Shown here one piece after another: positions 26,525-32,000 of a stretch of 32,000 nucleotides of DNA. The first letter of the stretch is position 1. The number at the start of each line of letters is the position of its first letter. Below the pieces are notes generated by a model, which was not told the origin of the DNA, made no database searches, and was given only the letters and a program-made list of their open reading frames with translations. Origin of the DNA: Gemmata obscuriglobus (GTDB lineage Bacteria; Planctomycetota; Planctomycetia; Gemmatales; Gemmataceae); contig NZ_CP042911.1 in the NCBI RefSeq assembly GCF_008065095.1, positions 1,740,001-1,772,000 of the forward strand. Direction: 5' to 3'. The position numbers and the translations under genes were made by a program.

Positions 26525-27732
26525 CCAAACTCGCGATCGTCACCACGCACCCGGTGCAGTACTACGCCCCGTGGTTCCGCCACCTCGCGGAACGGTCGGG
26601 GCTCGCGGTGCGCGTGTTCTACCTCTGGGATTTCGGCGTCTCGGGGCGGGTCGATCCCACGTTCGGGGTTCGTGTGACCTGGGACCTCCCCCTGCTGGAC
26701 GGGTACGAACACGAGTTCGTCCCGAACCGCAGCCGCCGGCCGGGCACGAACTCGTTCTGGGGGATCGACAACCCCGGCCTGCTCGCGCGACTCAAGCCGT
26801 TCGCGCCGGACGCGGTCCTGTGCCTGGGCTACAACTACGCGACCTTCGCGAAGCTCCTCCTTTCGCGGCCGCGGTACCCGCTCATCCTCAGGGGCGACTC
26901 GCACCGGCTCGTTCCGCGGTCGGGGTTGAAGGCGCGGCTCAAGCGCGCGGCGCTGGCCCGCGTGTTCCGCCGGTTCGCCGCGTTCCTCTCCGTCGGGCAG
27001 GCGAACCGCGAATACTACCGACTTCACGGCGTCCCGGAGGACAAACTCGTCTTCTGCCCGCACGCGGTCGACAACGACCGGTTCACCCGGAGCCGCGTGA
27101 CCGCCGAACCGGAAGCGCGCGAGTGGAAAGCGGCCCTCGGCATCCCGGGGGATCACCGGGTCGTGTTGTTCGCGGGGAAGTTCGAACCGAAGAAGCGGCC
27201 GCTCGACCTACTGGAAGCGTTTCGGCGCGCCGCGCCTGGGCGAGCATCCCTGCTGTTCGTCGGCAACGGGCCGCAAGAGCCCGAGCTGCGCCGCGCGGCG
27301 GCGGGTGTTCCGAACGTGTTCTTCGCGCCGTTTCAGAATCAGTCGCGGATGCCCCGAACGTATGCCGCGGCCGACCTCGTCGTCCTGCCGAGTTACGGGT
27401 CGGGCGAGACCTGGGGGCTGTGTGTCAACGAGGCCATGTGCCTCGGCCGACCGGTCATCGTGAGTTCGCACGTCGGGTGCGGCCCCGACCTCGTTCGCGA
27501 CGACGAGACCGGCGGCACCTTCCCGGCGGGCGACGTCGGCGCCCTCGCGGCCCGGTTGCGCGCGGCCCTCGCGGACCCGAGCACGCTCGCGGCGTGGGGG
27601 CGGGCGGGCGAAGCGCGTGTCGGCCGTTACAGCTACGAACACGCCACCGCCGGCCTCCTCACCTGCCTGACCCGGCTGAAGCCCTCTGCCGGCGCTGCAC
27701 CCGAAGCCGGGACGATCGGACACGCGCGATGA
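26521..27732 (+). CDS. Glycosyltransferase family 4 (GT-B)
   Basis: GTGA overlap with the upstream gene. VVLFAGKFEPKKRPLDLL, and the EX7E region GETWGLCVNEAMCLGRPVIVS. Confidence 0.85.
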   Translation: MTKLAIVTTHPVQYYAPWFRHLAERSGLAVRVFYLWDFGVSGRVDPTFGVRVTWDLPLLDGYEHEFVPNRSRRPGTNSFWGIDNPGLLARLKPFAPDAVLCLGYNYATFAKLLLSRPRYPLILRGDSHRLVPRSGLKARLKRAALARVFRRFAAFLSVGQANREYYRLHGVPEDKLVFCPHAVDNDRFTRSRVTAEPEAREWKAALGIPGDHRVVLFAGKFEPKKRPLDLLEAFRRAAPGRASLLFVGNGPQEPELRRAAAGVPNVFFAPFQNQSRMPRTYAAADLVVLPSYGSGETWGLCVNEAMCLGRPVIVSSHVGCGPDLVRDDETGGTFPAGDVGALAARLRAALADPSTLAAWGRAGEARVGRYSYEHATAGLLTCLTRLKPSAGAAPEAGTIGHAR

Positions 27733-28826
27733 CCCCAACCGACCCACTCCCCGCCGCCCGCGCGCGAGCGGAGCGGCCGCGGGTTCTGTTCGCGGCGACC
27801 TCGCTGGACGCCGGGTCCGGCGGGATCCAGCGCGTCGCCCGGCTGATGGGCCGCGTCCTCCTCGAAGACTTCGCCGACCGCGCGACGGTTTCGCTCCTGA
27901 GCTTGCACGACAAGGCCCCCGCCGCCGACGTCGGCGCCCCGGTCCGGTGCGCCGGCGGCTCGCGGTTGCGGATGGCGTGCCACGCGCTCCGGACGCGCGG
28001 CACGCACCTCATCACGGACACCTGCAACCTCGGTCAACTCCGCCGCCTCCCGGGGCTGAAACGCCCCCACCTCACGGCGCTCCACGGCATCGAGATCTGG
28101 GAAGGCGCCAAACCCGCCTGGGTGTCGAGTGCGAAGGCCGCGACCGTCCAGATGTTCAACTCGGACTACACCCGCCGCCGAGCCGAGTTAGTTCACGGCC
28201 GGTTCGATCGCGCGGACGTGTGCTGGCTGGCGACGGAAACCGATCGCGCGCCGCCGGCGCGTCCGCGCCATTCCGCTTCGGCAGAAGTGCTTGTGGTCGG
28301 GCGCATGGTCGCGGACCGCGACAAGGGCCACCGCGACCTGATCGCGGCCTGGCCGTCGGTCGTCGATGCGGTGCCCGGCGCCACGCTCCGGATCGTCGGG
28401 CGCGGGCCGGGGCAAGCGGCCCTGGAGGCGCTCGCCGCGCAGAGCGGTGCCGGCCGGAGCATCGTGTTCGAAGGGTTCGCGACCGAAGAGCGCATCGACG
28501 AGTTGTACGCACGCGCCACGGCGTTCGCGATGCCGAGCCGCGGGGAGGGGTTCGGCATCGTGTACATCGAGGCGATGCGGCACGGGCTGCCGGTCGTCGC
28601 GTCGGTGCACGACGCCGCCCCCGAGGTCGTGCTCGACGGCGGAACCGGATTCACGGTCGATTTGGACGCACCGGGGCAACTGGCGAACCGCGTCATTCGA
28701 CTATTGAGGGAGCCGGAGCTGGCTGAGCGGTTCGGCGCGGCCGCGCGGTGCCGGTGGGCGGAGCACTTCCGCTTCTCCTGTTTCCGAAAGCGGTTCGGTG
28801 ACATCCTGGGTCGGTTCCTCCGATGA
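27729..28826 (+). CDS. Glycosyltransferase family 4 (GT-B)
   Basis: ATGA overlap with the upstream gene. GSGGIQRVARLM, VVGRMVADRDKGHRDLI, and the EX7E region GEGFGIVYIEAMRHGLPVVAS. Confidence 0.85.
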   Translation: MTPTDPLPAARARAERPRVLFAATSLDAGSGGIQRVARLMGRVLLEDFADRATVSLLSLHDKAPAADVGAPVRCAGGSRLRMACHALRTRGTHLITDTCNLGQLRRLPGLKRPHLTALHGIEIWEGAKPAWVSSAKAATVQMFNSDYTRRRAELVHGRFDRADVCWLATETDRAPPARPRHSASAEVLVVGRMVADRDKGHRDLIAAWPSVVDAVPGATLRIVGRGPGQAALEALAAQSGAGRSIVFEGFATEERIDELYARATAFAMPSRGEGFGIVYIEAMRHGLPVVASVHDAAPEVVLDGGTGFTVDLDAPGQLANRVIRLLREPELAERFGAAARCRWAEHFRFSCFRKRFGDILGRFLR

Positions 28827-30004
28827 CGCCGCTCCGCATCCTCCACGTGATCCCCGCCGTCGCGCCGCGGTACGGCGGCCCGAGCGCCGCCATCGTGCCG
28901 ATGTGCGAAGCCCTCAACGCGCTCGGGGGCGTCACCGCGGACGTGGCGACCACAGACGTCGATGGCGCGGGCGCGTACGACGCATCCCAGTGGCCCGCAC
29001 GGAACACCCCACTACGCCTCTTCCCGGTCAGTCGCAGAACGGGCGCGCGCTGGGCGCACTCCGCGCCCCTCGCCCGATGGTTGGACGGGCACGTTCGGTC
29101 TTACGACGTCGTCCACGTTCATTCCGCGTGGCTGCACTCGACCTACGCGGCCTGCCGGGCGGCCCGGCGGCACCGCGTGCCCGTTGTGTACCGCCCGTGC
29201 GGGACGCTGTCGCCGTACACCTGGGCGCGTAACCGGCTGATGAAAGCGGCGTACTGGGTCGGCTTCGAGCGGTCGAACGTCCGGTCGGCCGCCGCGTTCC
29301 ATTGCACCAGCGACGACGAGGCGGCCGAACTGCGCCTGTACCGCGGGCTGAAAGCCCCGGTGGTTGTTCAGCCGCTCGGCGTTGCCCCCGACGCGTGGAC
29401 CGCTCCGACGCGCGGAGCGGCTCTGCGCGAGCGGTGCGGCCTCCCGGCCGACGGCCCGCCGGTCGTCCTCTTCCTGTCGCGGATGCACCCCAAGAAGGGC
29501 GTGACGGACCTGCTCCTGCCCGCGTTCGCCAGGCTCACGCGGTCCGCAACGCTCGTGATCGCCGGCGGCGCCGACGGGTCGGCGCCGGACTACCTGAACG
29601 AGATCGCGCGAACCATCGAGCGGCTCGGGCTGACGGCGCGCGTGCGCGTTCTCGGCCCGGTCCGCTCGCCCGACCGGTGGGAACTGTTCGACGGCGCGGC
29701 GGTGCTCGCGCTGCCGAGCCACCAGGAGAATTTTGGCCTCGTGGTCGCCGAGTCGATGGCCCGCGGCGTCCCGGTGGTGGTGTCCGACCAGGTTCAGATC
29801 GCACCCCATGTCGTGGCCGCGAAGGCGGGGGCGGTCGTTCCCCGCGACGTGGACGCGCTCGCCGCCGCGCTCGACGCGTTGTTGGAGCACCCGGCGGGGC
29901 GGGCCGCGACCGGGACCCGCGGCCGGGAGTACGCGCGAGCGGTCTTCGATTGGGCCGCAGTGGCGGCGCGACTCCGCGACCTCTACCGCACACTGACAAA
30001 GTGA
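28823..30004 (+). CDS. Glycosyltransferase family 4 (GT-B)
   Basis: ATGA overlap with the upstream gene. RILHVIPAVAPRYGGPS, LFLSRMHPKKGVTDLL, and the EX7E region QENFGLVVAESMARGVPVVVS. Confidence 0.85.
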   Translation: MTPLRILHVIPAVAPRYGGPSAAIVPMCEALNALGGVTADVATTDVDGAGAYDASQWPARNTPLRLFPVSRRTGARWAHSAPLARWLDGHVRSYDVVHVHSAWLHSTYAACRAARRHRVPVVYRPCGTLSPYTWARNRLMKAAYWVGFERSNVRSAAAFHCTSDDEAAELRLYRGLKAPVVVQPLGVAPDAWTAPTRGAALRERCGLPADGPPVVLFLSRMHPKKGVTDLLLPAFARLTRSATLVIAGGADGSAPDYLNEIARTIERLGLTARVRVLGPVRSPDRWELFDGAAVLALPSHQENFGLVVAESMARGVPVVVSDQVQIAPHVVAAKAGAVVPRDVDALAAALDALLEHPAGRAATGTRGREYARAVFDWAAVAARLRDLYRTLTK

Positions 30005-30013
30005 GCGCCCGCC

Positions 30014-31135
30014 GTGCGAATCACCATCTTGGGCGGGCCGTTTCAACCGTTCCCACCGGCCCCCGGCGGGGCCGTCGAGCGGGTCTGGCACGGGCTGGCC
30101 GAAGAGTTCGCGGCACAGGGCCACACGGTCACGGTCCTCTGCAAAGCGGGCGCCGGGCAGAAGGCCGAGGAGACCGTCAAGGGGGTGCGGTACGTTCGTC
30201 GGACCGGGTTCACGGCCGGTCCGCGGCTCCTCCCGAATCTCGTAAAGGATCTGGGCTATTCGCTCCAGATGCAGCGGCTGCTCCCCCCGGCCGACGTCCT
30301 CGTCACGCACAGCTTTTGGGGGCCGGTGGTGGCCCACCTCCGGCGCGGGGTCGGGCGGGTCGTCGTCCACGTCGCCCGGATGCCGAAGGGCCAGCTCCGG
30401 TTGTACGACCGCGCCGCCCGGTTGAACGTGCCGTCCTCGGCGGTCCGTGACGCGATCGCCGAAGAGCGCCCCAAACTGCTCGCGAAGGTGCGAGTCGTCC
30501 CGTACCCGGCCGACGGGCGGTTCACGCCTCCCGCTGAGAAGCGCCCGCGCAAGCCCCAGCCCACGGTGCTGTTCGCCGGGCGCATCCACCCCGAGAAGGG
30601 CCTCGACCTGCTGGTCGAGGCGTTCGCGCGGTTGGACCCGGTGCGGTTCCCGGCGCGCCTGCGGATCGTCGGCCCGTGGCTCGTCGCGCAAGGCGGGGCC
30701 GGGGGCGAATACCGGTCCGCGCTCGCGGCCAAATCGGCCGGCCGCGCGGTCGAGCTGGTCGAACCGATCTTCGACCGCGTCGGGCTGGCGAACGAGTACC
30801 GCGCCGCGGACCTGTTCTGCTACCCGTCGCTGGCCGAAGCCGGGGAGACGTTCGGCGTCGCGCCGCTGGAAGCGATGGCCACCGGGTTGCCCCCGGTCGT
30901 CTCCGACCTCGCCTGCTTCCGCGACTTCATCACCGACGGCGCGACCGGGGTCGTGTTCGACCACCGCCGCCCGGACCCGGCGGGGCGGTTGGCCGGGCAA
31001 CTCGGCCGGCTCCTCGGCGCCCCCGCCCTTCGCGAGCAGATCGCCGGCCGCGCGGCGAGCCGGGCCGCGGGGCACACGCTCCCGCGCGTGGCCGCGGCCC
31101 ACCTCCGGGACTTTGAAGAAGTGCTCTCCGAATGA
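30014..31135 (+). CDS. Glycosyltransferase family 4 (GT-B)
   Basis: GTG at 30014, 9 nt after the upstream stop. RITILGG...PPAPGGAVERVW, LFAGRIHPEKGLDLL, and the EX7E region GETFGVAPLEAMATGLPPVVS. Confidence 0.85.
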   Translation: MRITILGGPFQPFPPAPGGAVERVWHGLAEEFAAQGHTVTVLCKAGAGQKAEETVKGVRYVRRTGFTAGPRLLPNLVKDLGYSLQMQRLLPPADVLVTHSFWGPVVAHLRRGVGRVVVHVARMPKGQLRLYDRAARLNVPSSAVRDAIAEERPKLLAKVRVVPYPADGRFTPPAEKRPRKPQPTVLFAGRIHPEKGLDLLVEAFARLDPVRFPARLRIVGPWLVAQGGAGGEYRSALAAKSAGRAVELVEPIFDRVGLANEYRAADLFCYPSLAEAGETFGVAPLEAMATGLPPVVSDLACFRDFITDGATGVVFDHRRPDPAGRLAGQLGRLLGAPALREQIAGRAASRAAGHTLPRVAAAHLRDFEEVLSE

Positions 31136-31704
31136 CGAACTTGTCCCAAACCGAACTGCGGACGATGCCACAAGCCACCGCCTACGCCTCGCCGTGGTCG
31201 CTCGGCGTGCGCGCCCGTCTGGCGCTGTGGGGGCTCGTCTGGCTGACGCTGTTCCGGCCCACCCCCAAGCCGCTTTCGTTTTGGCGCGTGTTCCTGCTGC
31301 GGGCGTTCGGGGCGACGGTGCGCGGGACGCCGTTCGTGTCGCAGTCCGCGGTCGTCAAGATGCCGTGGCTGCTGACGCTCGAAGACCGTGCGTGTCTCGG
31401 CCCGGGGAGCGAGGTTTACAACCTCGACCGGGTCACGCTCGGGGCGCGCTGCACGGTCGCGCAGCACGCGTACTTGTGCGGCGGGACGCACGATTTCACG
31501 CACCCGGACCTGCCCCTGATCGTCGGTACGATCGTCATCGGGGACGACGCCTTCGTCGGCGCGCGGGCGTTCGTGCTTCCGGGGGTGCGGGTGGGCGCGG
31601 GTGCCGTTGTCGGCGCGTGCGCGGTCGTCACGAAGGACGTCGAGCCCGGGACGGTCGTCGCGGGGAACCCGGCCCGGTTCGTCAAGCGCCGGGAACTGAA
31701 ATGA
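31132..31704 (+). CDS. WcaF-like hexapeptide-repeat O-acetyltransferase
   Basis: ATGA overlap with the upstream gene. The N-terminal hydrophobic segment (LALWGLVWLTLFRP...WRVFLLRAFGA), then the LbH repeats and the GNPARFVKRR ending, match the colanic-acid WcaF-type layout. Confidence 0.8.
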   Translation: MTNLSQTELRTMPQATAYASPWSLGVRARLALWGLVWLTLFRPTPKPLSFWRVFLLRAFGATVRGTPFVSQSAVVKMPWLLTLEDRACLGPGSEVYNLDRVTLGARCTVAQHAYLCGGTHDFTHPDLPLIVGTIVIGDDAFVGARAFVLPGVRVGAGAVVGACAVVTKDVEPGTVVAGNPARFVKRRELK

Positions 31705-32000
31705 CCGCCCGAGCCACACTACCCGTCACGGTCGTCGTCGCGGTGCGGAACGAGGAGATCAACATCCGCAAGTGCCTCACCGCGCTCGGCCCCGCCCGAC
31801 GGGTGATCGTCGCGGACTCGCACAGCACCGACCGCACGGCCGCCGTCGCCACCGAGCTTGGGGCCGAAGTCGTCCAGTTCCGTTACACCGGCGGCTACCC
31901 GAAGAAGCGGCAATGGGTGCTCGACACGGTCCCGATCGCAACCGAATGGGTGCTGTTCCTCGACGCCGACGAAGAGGTCCCCCCGGCGCTGTGGGACGAG
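31701..32000 (+). CDS. Glycosyltransferase family 2, 5' part only (runs off the window end)
   Basis: ATGA overlap with the upstream gene. VTVVVAVRNEEINIRKCL, VIVADSHSTDRT and the DxD motif FLDADEE. The frame stays open to position 32000. Confidence 0.8.
   Translation, partial: MTARATLPVTVVVAVRNEEINIRKCLTALGPARRVIVADSHSTDRTAAVATELGAEVVQFRYTGGYPKKRQWVLDTVPIATEWVLFLDADEEVPPALWDE

Overview
High-GC bacterial window (roughly two-thirds G+C by eye, not computed). The protein repertoire looks planctomycete or Gemmata-like, but that is only an inference. All family calls come from motifs read in the ORF translations; no searches were run.

**1-4150: small unrelated genes**
- A minus-strand run: a secreted tandem YHS-domain protein, a tail-anchored mini-protein and a possible Pro-rich mini-ORF.
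- Plus-strand genes: a standalone FHA protein and a secreted protein with two beta-sandwich-like repeats.
- A translationally coupled pair: a TPR-YggX fusion and a PSP1/RicT-like protein with a Cys/Gly-rich tail.

**4167-7759: an IS-disrupted gene**
- A Tat-signal, two-domain alpha/beta-hydrolase gene is split by a 1500-bp IS4-family element.
- The element has perfect 16-bp terminal inverted repeats and an 11-bp target-site duplication.

**8079-32000: a large surface-polysaccharide locus in two divergent operons, separated by a 551-bp structured intergenic region**
- Minus strand: a NusG-family paralogue, a fused Wzc-type tyrosine autokinase with a 10-Tyr tail, and a PHP/CpsB-type tyrosine phosphatase.
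- Plus strand: at least 19 tightly coupled genes. These are a WecA/MraY-family initiating transferase, Wzm, Wzt with a C-terminal extension, two hexapeptide acetyltransferases, 13 glycosyltransferases or GT-like proteins, and a Wzy-like polytopic membrane protein. The operon runs off the window end.

No rRNA, tRNA or CRISPR array was seen by eye.

The most unusual thing I can support is the architecture of the glycan locus. ABC-transporter and Wzy/BY-kinase logic are mixed in one coupled operon, there is no Wzx or OPX gene in the window, and a dedicated NusG paralogue sits opposite. I do not see evidence for a wholly new kind of system such as a defence island. Many long alternate-frame ORFs in the track are high-GC artefacts.
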